From NCBI GenBank assembly GCA_902542925.1, contig CACBWF010000001.1, positions 41,569 through 105,568 of the forward strand: a stretch of 64,000 nt of DNA, given 5' to 3'. Position numbers and translations under genes: made by a program. Below, piece by piece: positions 47,528-57,970 of this stretch. Below the pieces are notes generated by a model, which was not told the origin of the DNA, did not search any database, and saw only the letters and a program-made list of their open reading frames with translations. The first letter of the stretch is position 1; every line of letters begins with the position of its first letter. This DNA comes from an uncultured Alphaproteobacteria bacterium. GTDB taxonomy: Bacteria; Pseudomonadota; Alphaproteobacteria; Methylaequorales; Methylaequoraceae.

Positions 47528-48313
47528 ATGACTAAAAATTTAATTGTAGAGATAAATCAAGATATTGGAGAAAAATCTGACAAAATTCAAAGTGTGCTTT
47601 CTGAAAAAAACTTTTGTATCATTAGAGGTGCGATAGATCCAAAGATAGTTAAGAATGGGATAAAAAAAGTTAAAAAATATATTGAAAAAAATGATGATAA
47701 TCCCGTTACTGGTGAATCACCTTCAGCGGTTAGAGATTATTTCATGAAACTTTCTTTGGGTGAGGCAAGACATAGTGGAAAGAAAATCGATAAAAAGTTT
47801 AATATAGTTAGACCGAGATTTAAAAGAGTAATCTATAGTCCATTATTTAAACAGGACATATTTAAACTAGATGAAGTTTTTATTCGATTTGCAAAAATTA
47901 GAAATTTTTTAATGGGAGTAGATCCTGAATATGCCTTAAGAGAAGATAAAACTAACAAAATGTGGACAGCATCAAGAATACATCAGTTTCCGAGTGGAGG
48001 AGGATTCATGAGTTCACATGTTGATACTGTGCTACCCTCTATAATTAAAAAGGATTCAATAGGAAAAGGTTTTTTTCAACCAATCTTAATAATGAGTCAA
48101 AAAGGGAAAGATTTTGAAAGCGGTGGTGGTTTTGCAAAAATAGATGGAAATAATGTTATTTATGAGGATTTCACAGAAATAGGAGATATTGCAATCTATA
48201 ACTCGTTTACTGAACACGGCTGCTTTGATATTGATACACATAAACCTTTCTTTCAAAGATCTGGAAATGGAAGATTTTCTGGGTTATGTACGCTATATAA
48301 AACTTTAAATTAG
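47528..48313 (+). CDS. Hypothetical protein, possible Fe(II)/2-oxoglutarate oxygenase (PhyH-like)
   Basis: HxD (SHVDT) followed by a distal His (TEHG) facial-triad-like spacing. Confidence 0.3.
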   Translation: MTKNLIVEINQDIGEKSDKIQSVLSEKNFCIIRGAIDPKIVKNGIKKVKKYIEKNDDNPVTGESPSAVRDYFMKLSLGEARHSGKKIDKKFNIVRPRFKRVIYSPLFKQDIFKLDEVFIRFAKIRNFLMGVDPEYALREDKTNKMWTASRIHQFPSGGGFMSSHVDTVLPSIIKKDSIGKGFFQPILIMSQKGKDFESGGGFAKIDGNNVIYEDFTEIGDIAIYNSFTEHGCFDIDTHKPFFQRSGNGRFSGLCTLYKTLN

Positions 48314-48352
48314 ATAGTCTAAAATAAAAATTGGAAATTTAATTTTTAGGAA

Positions 48353-49108
48353 TTACTCAACTTCAAAATAACTTTGCCACGTAGAATTGATGTGGGGAAT
48401 TCTTTTGAATCTCAACTTAATATCACTTAATTCTTCTATGATAGCTGACATTTCACCTGAAAATTCTGGATGACACGTTTCATCAACTATAACAATACTA
48501 CCTTTAAATAATCTGTTCTTTATTTTTTGTATAACAAATTTTGTTGAAGATGAAATATTTAAATCAAGATGTACCATTGCAAAATATTGATGTTTATTTT
48601 TTTCTAAAAAAGGTTCTAATGTATTTTCTACTGAGCCTTTAATAAGGTTAAATTTTTGAGTTTGAGGTAGAGGATTTAATTGTTCCCTCACCTTTAAAAG
48701 TTTATTCAGGTATTTCTCATAATTTTTTGAAACAGCTAAACCTCCAGTTTTAATTAATTTTGTTTGATCTTTTTTTTTAATTTTTGGATATCCAGTAAAG
48801 GTATCAAATCCATAAATTGATCTAGAATGATTAAATGGTTCAAAGATCGTTCTAAGCATCTCAAATAATGCTAATTCTCTTCCCCATCTAACACCAAATT
48901 GTATAATTGAACCAGGCATACCAATAATTTTTTTATATATTTCATAAAAAAAAATTTCTCTTTTTTTATGTTGTACTGTAGTAAAAAGATTTAGATTTTC
49001 TAGAATCTCGTTTTCATTAATTGCAGAAGATTTATACAAATTATATATCTCATCCTCAGCCTTTAGGTATTCTTTTGTACTTATTCCTCTTTTAGATGCT
49101 CTATCCAT
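48353..49108 (-). CDS. TylF/MycF family O-methyltransferase (macrocin-O-methyltransferase-like)
   Basis: GSIIQFGVRWGRELALFEML...YGFDTFTGYP matches the TylF signature. Confidence 0.6.
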   Translation of the reverse strand: MDRASKRGISTKEYLKAEDEIYNLYKSSAINENEILENLNLFTTVQHKKREIFFYEIYKKIIGMPGSIIQFGVRWGRELALFEMLRTIFEPFNHSRSIYGFDTFTGYPKIKKKDQTKLIKTGGLAVSKNYEKYLNKLLKVREQLNPLPQTQKFNLIKGSVENTLEPFLEKNKHQYFAMVHLDLNISSSTKFVIQKIKNRLFKGSIVIVDETCHPEFSGEMSAIIEELSDIKLRFKRIPHINSTWQSYFEVE

Positions 49109-49134
49109 TTTAAAAAATTAATTCTAAGTTATTC

Positions 49135-50064
49135 CTATAAGGTCATTTGAACGAAACTAGTATCTTTGTCACCAATCATTTTTGATTTTTCATTAAATAA
49201 AAAGAAATTCCCCCAGATATTAATATCTAATTCAACATCTCTAAGTTTGTAATTTCTAGGAAATTTAATTTTAAGTCCAATTATATTTCTTCCTTTTTTA
49301 TCCTTTTTAAGTTCCCCATTTTCTTGGTTTTGCGTAATAACTTCCCAAGCTTTACATCTATACATGTGGAGCCCTGTGTGATTGACGGTTGATCCGGCTA
49401 TTAATGGAACAGGCGAACGTTTTTGATGGCTCTTTAACCACTTGCATCCAGCATTTTTTCTCTCACTGAGGTTAAAGTTCTTGTCCTTTTTAACAATAAA
49501 AGAGTTTTCAATTCCTCCTATTTGCATCATTTTACCTTTTTTACAATCGAATCCTGCATAAATCAAACTTTGTAAAAATACGGGCAATATGCATGTATTT
49601 ATATGACCCTCAACAAAGCGCTCTACAGGGTGCTTAGGTCCAGAAATTATTAAAATAGAATGGTCATGCATTATATCAAAAATTTTATCTAGGAATTGAC
49701 CTATATTTCTCTGGTGTTCTATCACATGAGAACAATAAATAACATCGTACTTGGATTTAAAACTATATTCATTAAAATCCTCGTTAATTTCTGCATCTTT
49801 TTTATATTTATCTATTTGATCAACTTTAATTCCGAAAGATCTCATCAATTTTGTTTGATAACCTTCACCACTTCCAATATCAAGCGCAGTTGTATATTTT
49901 TTTGGATTTTTTGAGTATTCTGATAAAAGAAATTCTATTAAGGCAAAACCACCATAATTTAACCTAATATCACTTTTTTTTAAATTAGATTTAAATTGAC
50001 GTAAATAAATTGTCTTTAAGGCATCAATAGATCTCATAGTTAAAGTTCGCAATTTTTGTACCAA
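49135..50064 (-). CDS. Class I SAM-dependent methyltransferase with C-terminal extension
   Basis: Motif I LDIGSGEGYQT. Confidence 0.55.
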   Translation of the reverse strand: MVQKLRTLTMRSIDALKTIYLRQFKSNLKKSDIRLNYGGFALIEFLLSEYSKNPKKYTTALDIGSGEGYQTKLMRSFGIKVDQIDKYKKDAEINEDFNEYSFKSKYDVIYCSHVIEHQRNIGQFLDKIFDIMHDHSILIISGPKHPVERFVEGHINTCILPVFLQSLIYAGFDCKKGKMMQIGGIENSFIVKKDKNFNLSERKNAGCKWLKSHQKRSPVPLIAGSTVNHTGLHMYRCKAWEVITQNQENGELKKDKKGRNIIGLKIKFPRNYKLRDVELDINIWGNFFLFNEKSKMIGDKDTSFVQMTL

Positions 50065-50105
50065 AATTAGTTTTTTGTATTTTTCAAATATGGTAAATTT
50101 TAGTA

Positions 50106-50801
50106 ATGCAAAAAATTAAACTTATCATTTTTGATGTTAATCAAACCATGTTTAGTTTAAACAAAATTGAAAATGAATTTAATAACCTCGGAATCAGTCC
50201 ACTCTATTGTGATATCTGGTTTAATTCAGTTCTAAAAGAAGGATTTGCATTAAATAATATTAACAAATTTATTACCTTTAAAGACATTGGCATTTCAATT
50301 TTAACGAATATCTTAAATATTAATCAGATTAGAAACTCTGAAGAAATATCAAAAAAAATTATCAAAAATTTTAATAAATTAGAACCAGTTAATGGTCTGG
50401 GTAAAAGTTTAAGGAATTTTAGTCTTTTAAATATAAAAATGGCAACATTAACAAACGGTAATAAAGATACAACATATGAATTGTTGGTGAAAAATAATTT
50501 AGATAAATTTATAACAAAAACATTCTCTATAGACGATGTAGAATGCTGGAAGCCTTCTCCGAAGCCTTACCTAATGGTAACAAAGTATTTTGGTATAAAA
50601 CCTGAAAATACTTTAATGGTTGCGTGTCATAGCTGGGATTTAGAAGGTGCAAAAAACGTTGGATTACAAATTGGTTATGTAAAGAAAACTCCTGAAGTAT
50701 TACCTGAATATATTCACTCACCTGATTATCAGGGTAAGAATATTCTTGAATTATCTAAAGATGTTTTAAGGAGCCAACAGAAATTAATTACTTCCATTTA
50801 A
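50106..50801 (+). CDS. HAD superfamily hydrolase (haloacid dehalogenase-like)
   Basis: Motif I IIFDVNQTMF at the N-terminus. Confidence 0.45.
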   Translation: MQKIKLIIFDVNQTMFSLNKIENEFNNLGISPLYCDIWFNSVLKEGFALNNINKFITFKDIGISILTNILNINQIRNSEEISKKIIKNFNKLEPVNGLGKSLRNFSLLNIKMATLTNGNKDTTYELLVKNNLDKFITKTFSIDDVECWKPSPKPYLMVTKYFGIKPENTLMVACHSWDLEGAKNVGLQIGYVKKTPEVLPEYIHSPDYQGKNILELSKDVLRSQQKLITSI

Positions 50802-51336
50802 TACTACAACCCATACTAGGGAATTGTTCTTTTGGACCAATTCCATTTTTACTGATTGCCAACATTGCATTAAATAATTCATTAATGCTATTAACTTTTT
50901 TTAAATTATTTAGTTTTGTTAATCTTCCTCTATATTGGAGTTCGTTTTCTGAATTATATCCAAAAAAATCTGGTGTACATACTGCTTCATAATTTTTAGC
51001 GACTTCTTGATTTTTATCAATCAAATAAGGAAAGTTAAAATTATATTTTTTAGAAAATTTGATCATATTTTCAGGATTATCTTCTGGATATTTTTCATAA
51101 TCGTTTGGCATAATAGCAATTGTATTAATTCCCAACTTTTTTATATCATTTGTTGTTTTTATAATATCTTCAATGATTGCTTTAACATATGGACAATGAT
51201 TGCACATAAATATTATTAAAGTGCCATTTTTACCTAAATTGTTGATCAGGGAAATCTTTTCATTATTTGCTGAAAATAATGAAAAAGGTATTATTTTTTT
51301 TCCAAAGTCACAAACAGGAGAATATTTCAAACTCAT
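50788..51336 (-). CDS. Thioredoxin-fold redoxin (AhpC/TSA family-like)
   Basis: CNHCPYV CxxC motif. Confidence 0.55.
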   Translation of the reverse strand: MSLKYSPVCDFGKKIIPFSLFSANNEKISLINNLGKNGTLIIFMCNHCPYVKAIIEDIIKTTNDIKKLGINTIAIMPNDYEKYPEDNPENMIKFSKKYNFNFPYLIDKNQEVAKNYEAVCTPDFFGYNSENELQYRGRLTKLNNLKKVNSINELFNAMLAISKNGIGPKEQFPSMGCSIKWK

Positions 51337-51755
51337 ATGCTATCTCCCAAAATATGAAGCTGTATATTTCTATTTTTCATACTTCTTCTATGTTCAAAAA
51401 AATAAATACCTTGCCATTGCCCTAAAACAATGCATTGATTGACTACAGAAAATGTGAGGTGGTTTTGTGTTAGTAGTGATCTTAAATGTGCAGGCATATC
51501 ATCTTTTCCTTCAGTATTATGTTTATAATTTATACTTTCTGGACATAATTGATCAAAAAATTCAAGCACATCTTGCCTTACCGAATAATCAGCATTTTCT
51601 TGTACGATTAATGATGCACTAGTGTGTAAAACTGTTATATTCAACAAACCATCTTTAATATGACTTTTTTTTACAAAATCATCAACTATAGCAGTAATAT
51701 CATACAAATCTTTACCATTGGTTGATATTGAAATTTGTTTTCTTTTTTGAAACAT
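51333..51755 (-). CDS. YjbQ/UPF0047 family protein
   Basis: HTSASLIVQENADYSVRQD...MPAHLRSLL...LGQWQGIYFFEHR matches the family pattern. Confidence 0.8.
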   Translation of the reverse strand: MFQKRKQISISTNGKDLYDITAIVDDFVKKSHIKDGLLNITVLHTSASLIVQENADYSVRQDVLEFFDQLCPESINYKHNTEGKDDMPAHLRSLLTQNHLTFSVVNQCIVLGQWQGIYFFEHRRSMKNRNIQLHILGDSI

Positions 51756-52006
51756 TAAGTAATTTCTACTCTAATTTTACACAATAAATTAACTTGACAT
51801 AGTAATCTATATGTTTTGTAATTACTAGGTAGTTTTTTGGTAACTAGATCAAATTACAACGAAAGGAAAAAAAATGGCTAAATCAGAAAAAAAAGATTCT
51901 GGAGCATCTAATATGAAGAAGGAAGATGTAAAAGAGGTCTTTTCAAGAGTACTCAAAAAATTAAAGAACAGATAAAGTTCTTTTTGGAGACAGTTGTTTT
52001 AAATAA

Positions 52007-52147
52007 ATGTCTAAACTATGGGTAGAATGCCAAAAATGCGGTAAAATCTTTTGGGTTTACGCTTCTGAGTTTCATATAATTTACCCAAAACGTAGTATTA
52101 ACTATCAGTTATGCGGGGCTTGTGAAAATGATTCAAAATCATCATGA
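52007..52147 (+). CDS. Small zinc-ribbon protein (46 aa; missing from the ORF track because it is short)
   Basis: MSKLWVECQKCGKIF...YQLCGACEN has two CxxC pairs. Stop overlaps the next gene's start (ATGA). Confidence 0.35.
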   Translation: MSKLWVECQKCGKIFWVYASEFHIIYPKRSINYQLCGACENDSKSS

Positions 52148-52884
52148 ATAACCATGAGTCAATTACATTTGTATTAACAAGTTGTGGTAGACCAGAGCTA
52201 TTAGATAGAACATTAAAGTCATTTTTTAAATTCAATAAATTTAAAATTAACAAGTACTATATTGTAGAAGATTCTTTAGATAAAACATTCCACAATAGTT
52301 TAAGAAAAAAATGGGGAAATAAAATTGATTTCATTTTTAATACTCAAAAAAAAGGACAAATAAAGTCTATAATAGATACATACAAATTAATTAAAACACC
52401 TTATGTTTTTCATTGCGAGGATGATTGGATTTATACCAGATCAGGTTTTATTGAAGAATCAATTCAAATTCTTAAAAAAGACAAAAACATCATTCAAGTC
52501 TGGTTGGAAAGTAAAAAAAGTGCTAGTAGGTTAGATATTTTTTCATACGGTAAAAAAATTAAGCATAAAAATACTGAATTTTCAGAAGTGACTTGTAAAA
52601 GTGGATGGGAATGGGGACATTTTTCTTTTAGGCCTGGAGTAAAAAGAATGTCTGATTATAATAAAATTGGAGGGTATGGTCGTTTTAAAAATGAATTAGA
52701 TATAAGCGTTGAATACAAAAAACTTGGTTATTATACAGTCATAATGCAAAAACCTGCAGTAATAGATATAGGAGACGATCATCATGTTTCTGATCCTACA
52801 AGAAAATGGCCAAAAAGAAGAAAGAAAAATGCTCCAACCGGTCTAAAAAGATTATGGGGACACATAAAAAAGATGAAGTTTTAA
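52144..52884 (+). CDS. Hypothetical protein (possibly a GT-A-like transferase)
   Basis: Acidic HCEDDW motif only; weak. Confidence 0.3.
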   Translation: MNNHESITFVLTSCGRPELLDRTLKSFFKFNKFKINKYYIVEDSLDKTFHNSLRKKWGNKIDFIFNTQKKGQIKSIIDTYKLIKTPYVFHCEDDWIYTRSGFIEESIQILKKDKNIIQVWLESKKSASRLDIFSYGKKIKHKNTEFSEVTCKSGWEWGHFSFRPGVKRMSDYNKIGGYGRFKNELDISVEYKKLGYYTVIMQKPAVIDIGDDHHVSDPTRKWPKRRKKNAPTGLKRLWGHIKKMKF

Positions 52885-53591
52885 TCTAAGTTATTTTCAC
52901 TTGGAATAAAAAAACAAGTAAGATGATAAAAAGAAACCAACTTATATTTTTTAGAAATTAAGAATTTATATACATCGCTTTTTTTTATTATCTCTATCTC
53001 ATTGCCATGAATCTCAACTGTTATTAATTTGGGCCTGAATTGTTTAAAGTCAAAGCCTTTCAAAACTTTAATTTCATGAGACTCAACATCAATATTTAAA
53101 TATTCAAAATTTTTGCTAGATGTATTGTCAGAAATAATTGATGTAAGTGTATCACTTCTAATTTTTACAGTCTTATATTTTTTATTAATTTTCTTTGACC
53201 AAATTTCAGCATATTTTTTTTCAAGAGTATTTAAGCCAGATCCAACATCAAAAATATAAGATTCTAGTATTTTTTTTTTATCTGAAACTGCAATTTGGAT
53301 TGAAATGTCTCTTTTTCTTGTAAGTTTAAAAAGTTTTATATTTTCTTCAGTCAAATCTATATTGATTCCACTCCAACCCTTTTTATATAGTTGGTATGTT
53401 AAAGATCCAACTCTTGGATTTAAAGCACCTACATCTACATAAAAACCTAGATCTATATTTTTAAAAATTCTATTAACAAGTATTTCCTCACCAAATGCAG
53501 AGTGTGAAACAAATGGCCTAAACTTGTACATTCTATATAAACTATAAAGAATTGTAGGTTTGATAAATTGTTCTTTAAAATATTTAAACAT
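52881..53591 (-). CDS. FkbM family methyltransferase
   Basis: FYVDVGALNPRVGSLT resembles the FkbM-domain SAM-binding segment. Confidence 0.5.
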   Translation of the reverse strand: MFKYFKEQFIKPTILYSLYRMYKFRPFVSHSAFGEEILVNRIFKNIDLGFYVDVGALNPRVGSLTYQLYKKGWSGINIDLTEENIKLFKLTRKRDISIQIAVSDKKKILESYIFDVGSGLNTLEKKYAEIWSKKINKKYKTVKIRSDTLTSIISDNTSSKNFEYLNIDVESHEIKVLKGFDFKQFRPKLITVEIHGNEIEIIKKSDVYKFLISKKYKLVSFYHLTCFFIPSENNLD

Positions 53592-53859
53592 TTTTAAAAA
53601 ATTTATTTTCTAAGCAAAATTTATTAGTATTCAAAAGTGTTCTTTCCTAAACTTTTCATTTTATTGTACATTTTAAGTGTATGATGTTGGTGTCAAGTTG
53701 ACTATAATATTTCTTTAAATCTCCCCTGCATGATTTTAAACAGTTCGAACGTTTAAATCATATTCTAATTTAACATCATTCCTTTATTTTTTGGATAAAT
53801 TAAAAGTTATATCTGTTAAAATTATATTAGAAAATTTAGCTTTAGTATATTATTAAAAT

Positions 53860-54222
53860 ATGCTACTAGCTGATTTAATTCTAATAATTCATGTTTTTAT
53901 TGTTATTTTTATAATTAGCCTTTTTGCTTTAGTTCCTTATGGATATTATAAAAAATGGGACTGGGTAAATAGAAAAAAAATAAGATACACACATATATTT
54001 CTAATGGCTTTTGTTACAGTTGAAAGTTTTGTAGGTATTCTTTGTCCCTTAACTATTTTGGAAAATGTATTAAGAGGTGATTTTTCTGATCAAACCTTCC
54101 TAAGTAAATATTTATCAAAAATAATTTATTATAATTTTCCAAGTTCTTTTTTTCTAGCTTTATATTTTACAGGATTTTTAGTAGCGATTTATTTAAGTTT
54201 TAAATACCCACCAAAAAAATAA
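53860..54222 (+). CDS. Small integral membrane protein
   Basis: Three hydrophobic helices. Confidence 0.35.
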   Translation: MLLADLILIIHVFIVIFIISLFALVPYGYYKKWDWVNRKKIRYTHIFLMAFVTVESFVGILCPLTILENVLRGDFSDQTFLSKYLSKIIYYNFPSSFFLALYFTGFLVAIYLSFKYPPKK

Positions 54223-54277
54223 TTTATTTAGGTATACCTCAACTTTGTGTTGGGATTTATATATTTTTTCTTAAGTA

Positions 54278-55828
54278 TTATTCATATTCAATAGTTCCTG
54301 GAGGTTTTGTAGTTAAATCAAAACAAACTCTATTTATACCATCAACATTATTAACTATTTTATTAGCGCATTTACTTAGAAAATCTTGATTAAATTTAAA
54401 GGTTTCTGCTGTCATACCATCGGTTGAGGTCACAGCTCTTAAAATGCAAATTTGTTCATATGTTCTACTATCTCCCATTACACCAACGGTTTTTATAGGC
54501 AGTAAAACACAAAATGCTTGCCATATCTTGTTGTAAAGATTATTTTTCTTCAATTCTTCAATAAAAATATAATCAGCATCTTGCAAAGTTTTTACTCGCG
54601 ATTTTGTTACTTCACCTAATACGCGGATAGCTAAACCTGGTCCAGGAAATGGGTGCCTGTTTATAATAGTATCTGGCAAACCTAATTCTTTGCCAAGTTT
54701 TCGAACTTCGTCTTTAAAAAGATTTCTAAGCGGTTCTATCAGCTTAAAATGCATTTTTTTAGGTAATCCACCAACATTATGATGAGATTTAATTGTTAAA
54801 GATTTTTCTCCCACAATTGCAACAGATTCTATTACATCAGGATATAAAGTACCTTGGGCTAAATATTTTATTTTTTTTTGATTTTGAGAATATTTTTCAA
54901 AAATTTTAATAAATGTTTTCCCAATTATTTTTCTTTTTTTTTCAGGATCAGTTATACCTTTTAAATTTTTAAAAAAAAAATTTGATGCATTTATTATCTT
55001 AAACTTAGAATCAAGGTATTGTTTAAATAATTCCTTGAGTTGCAAAGTTTCATTTTTTCTCATTAATCCGGTATCTACATAAAAACAGTTTAAATTCTTA
55101 CCGACTGCCTTACTTATAAGGCTCGCTACCACAGTAGAATCCACACCACCAGACAATGCGCAAATTACATTATTATTTTTTAATTTATGTTTTATATCTA
55201 AAATCAGATTATTTTTTAATGATTTTATATCCCAGTCTTTCATACAAGAACATATTTTGAATAAAAAATTTGATAATATTAATTTTCCTTTCTTTGTATG
55301 AGTAACTTCTGGATGAAATTGTATTCCATAAATGTTTGATTTTTTATTTTGTATTATAGCATTTGTAGAATTATCTGTGGATGCTACTGACTCGAAATCA
55401 CTGGGCAATTGCAATATTGAATCGCTATGACTCATCCAGACTTTACTATTAGATTTTTCAAAATTAATACTATCAATTAATTTTGAATTTTTTGTTTTTT
55501 TTAAATTTGCCAGTCCAAATTCTCTTTTTTTACAAGATTCTACTTTTCCACCAAGTATTTTTGTAATCAACTGCGCTCCATAACAAATACCTAAAATAGG
55601 AACTTTTTTTTCAAAGAATTTTCTTTTTAGCTTTGGATAATTACTGTCATCTACAGAACAAGGACTGCCTGATAAGATAAAGCCTTTAAAATTTCTACTT
55701 TTTAAAAAGTTTTCATTTATTTTCTGAAATGGCTCTATCTCACAGTAAACCCCATTTTCTCTTACCCTCCTAGCAATCAATTTTGTAACTTGAGAACCAA
55801 AATCTACAACTAATATCTGAGAATTCAT
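54278..55828 (-). CDS. guaA: GMP synthase (glutamine-hydrolysing)
   Basis: N-terminus ILVVDFGSQVT...GICYGAQL. ATP-PPase SGGVDS motif. C-terminus KPPGTIEYE. Confidence 0.9.
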   Translation of the reverse strand: MNSQILVVDFGSQVTKLIARRVRENGVYCEIEPFQKINENFLKSRNFKGFILSGSPCSVDDSNYPKLKRKFFEKKVPILGICYGAQLITKILGGKVESCKKREFGLANLKKTKNSKLIDSINFEKSNSKVWMSHSDSILQLPSDFESVASTDNSTNAIIQNKKSNIYGIQFHPEVTHTKKGKLILSNFLFKICSCMKDWDIKSLKNNLILDIKHKLKNNNVICALSGGVDSTVVASLISKAVGKNLNCFYVDTGLMRKNETLQLKELFKQYLDSKFKIINASNFFFKNLKGITDPEKKRKIIGKTFIKIFEKYSQNQKKIKYLAQGTLYPDVIESVAIVGEKSLTIKSHHNVGGLPKKMHFKLIEPLRNLFKDEVRKLGKELGLPDTIINRHPFPGPGLAIRVLGEVTKSRVKTLQDADYIFIEELKKNNLYNKIWQAFCVLLPIKTVGVMGDSRTYEQICILRAVTSTDGMTAETFKFNQDFLSKCANKIVNNVDGINRVCFDLTTKPPGTIEYE

Positions 55829-57291
55829 TTGTTCAGTTGATAATTAGGTGATTCTCTTGTAATAGAAATACTATGCACATGACCTTCATTGAAACCAGCA
55901 GAGGTGATTCTTATTAATTTAGTATTTTTTTTCATTTGAATAATATTTTTGTTACCTGTGTATCCCATTGCTGCTCTTAACCCTCCTGTTAATTGTTCTA
56001 TAACTATATTAACTGGTCCCTTATATGGGACTCTTCCTTCAACACCCTCAGGTACTAATTTTTTTATATCATTTTTATCCTGAAAATATCTATCGGCTGA
56101 ACCACTTCCCATAGCGCCAATTGATCCCATTCCTCTATATTGTTTATAACTTCGTCCCTCATACAAAAAAACTTCACCAGGTGATTCGTCTGTTCCAGCA
56201 AATAAGGACCCTATCATTACTGCATCAGCTCCAATAGCAATTGCTTTTGCAATGTCTCCTGAAAATCTAATTCCTCCGTCAGCTATCACTGGTATTTTAT
56301 ATTTTTTTGCTACTTCTGAAACATTATAAATAGCAGTTAGCTGAGGAACCCCGACCCCAGCTACTATTCTTGTTGTACAAATAGAGCCTGGGCCAATTCC
56401 AACTTTTATTGAATCTGCGCCAGCTTTTATTAAGTCTAAAGCTGCATCTGCCGTAGCAATATTACCTACAACTATAGGTAAATTTGGAATTTTTTTTTTA
56501 ATTAACTTTAAAGTTTCAATAACATTTTTTGAATGTCCATGTGCTGTATCAATAGTTAAAAAATCAACATCTGAATCCAATAAAGTAAGTGCTCTTTCTA
56601 TCCCCTCTTTTTCTCCTATCCCAACTGCTGCTCCAACAATTAGTCTGCCAAATTTATCTTTACTTGCGCTTGGGTATAATTCAGCTTTTTCAATATCCTT
56701 AACCGTAATCAAACCAACGCACTGATTTTCATTATTAACTACAAGTAATTTTTCAATTCTATGCTTATGCAATAACTTTTTTGCTTCTGTTTCACTTATA
56801 TTATTTTTTACAGTAATTAAGTTATCTTTAGTCATCAAGGAGCTAACTGCCTGTGACGGGTTTTTTGCAAATCTAATATCTCTATTTGTAAGAATACCTA
56901 AAAGTTTTTTTGATTTTTTATCAACGACTGGAAACCCAGATATATTAATTTTTTTTTTGTACTCTAGTGCATCTTTTATTGTACTATTTGGATTGATGGT
57001 TACTGGGTTAATAACCATGCCTGATTCAAACTTTTTTACTTTTTTAACTTCTTCGGCTTGTTCTATTTTTGTCAAGTTTTTATGAATAATTCCAACTCCA
57101 CCAAGTTGAGCAATTTTTATAGCAAGATCTGATTCAGTAACCGTATCCATGGCTGAAGATACTAATGGTATATTTAATTTTATTTTTTTTGTTAATAATG
57201 TTGATACATCTGTTTTGGAGGGATGAACATCTGATGATGAGGGAACAATTAATACATCATCGAATGTTAACGCTTCTTTCAATTTTTCCAT
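55825..57291 (-). CDS. guaB: Inosine-5'-monophosphate dehydrogenase
   Basis: N-terminus [16 protein letters not shown] pair. Catalytic [11 protein letters not shown] loop. Confidence 0.9.
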   Translation of the reverse strand: MEKLKEALTFDDVLIVPSSSDVHPSKTDVSTLLTKKIKLNIPLVSSAMDTVTESDLAIKIAQLGGVGIIHKNLTKIEQAEEVKKVKKFESGMVINPVTINPNSTIKDALEYKKKINISGFPVVDKKSKKLLGILTNRDIRFAKNPSQAVSSLMTKDNLITVKNNISETEAKKLLHKHRIEKLLVVNNENQCVGLITVKDIEKAELYPSASKDKFGRLIVGAAVGIGEKEGIERALTLLDSDVDFLTIDTAHGHSKNVIETLKLIKKKIPNLPIVVGNIATADAALDLIKAGADSIKVGIGPGSICTTRIVAGVGVPQLTAIYNVSEVAKKYKIPVIADGGIRFSGDIAKAIAIGADAVMIGSLFAGTDESPGEVFLYEGRSYKQYRGMGSIGAMGSGSADRYFQDKNDIKKLVPEGVEGRVPYKGPVNIVIEQLTGGLRAAMGYTGNKNIIQMKKNTKLIRITSAGFNEGHVHSISITRESPNYQLNK

Positions 57292-57340
57292 ATACTAAAC
57301 TAAATCAAAAAAACTTTTTTTTAAACAATTAATTACAAAT

Positions 57341-57970
57341 TTATATTTTTTTTGCAACTAGATAAGCTTCTGATGATTCAGGTCTAGAGGACTTTGGTTT
57401 AAAATATTTAAGATTATAAAAATTTTTTTTCATTTTTTTTTGGAGCTCACCCTGTGCTCCTCCCTGAAAAATTTTACAAATAAAAATACCTTCCTTTTTT
57501 AAAACTTTATCAGATATCTCTATAGCCACCTCTACTAAATTTATTATTCTTAAATGGTCTGCTTTTGCATGTCCAATTGTATTTGGAGCCATATCACTTA
57601 ATAAAACATCAACTTTACCTTGAAAGTAATCTTCTACACTTCTAATAGCATCATTCTTTTGAAGATCGCATTTAAGGAAATATACTCCCTCTAACTCTTT
57701 TATATTCAATAAATCTATTCCCATAATTTTACCTTCACTACATTTCTTTCTTGCTACTTGTGCCCACCCACCTGGTGCGGCTCCTAAATCTAAAACTTTA
57801 GTTTTTTTGAGTAAAAAGTTGAACCTATTATTTAATTCAATTAGTTTAAATGAAGATCTTGAACGAAAACCCTCTTTTTTCGATCTTATATAGTATATAT
57901 CTGTGATTTGTCTTCTTAACCACTTCTTACTCTTTTCTTTAAATTTTTTTTTTAAAATTAATTTTTTCAT
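57341..57970 (-). CDS. rlmE: 23S rRNA (uridine-2'-O)-methyltransferase RlmE (FtsJ)
   Basis: RSRSSFKLIELNNRF...VLDLGAAPGGWAQV. Confidence 0.85.
   Translation of the reverse strand: MKKLILKKKFKEKSKKWLRRQITDIYYIRSKKEGFRSRSSFKLIELNNRFNFLLKKTKVLDLGAAPGGWAQVARKKCSEGKIMGIDLLNIKELEGVYFLKCDLQKNDAIRSVEDYFQGKVDVLLSDMAPNTIGHAKADHLRIINLVEVAIEISDKVLKKEGIFICKIFQGGAQGELQKKMKKNFYNLKYFKPKSSRPESSEAYLVAKKI

Noticed and set aside
51200-51442. 80-aa plus-strand ORF spanning the redoxin and yjbQ junction
   Set aside because: Antisense overlap with two well-supported minus-strand genes.
24285-53591. Mobile element or integrase boundaries for the low-GC island, and tRNA attachment sites
   Set aside because: No integrase, transposase, direct repeats or tRNA genes were recognisable at either edge. 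The island is called on composition and gene content only.
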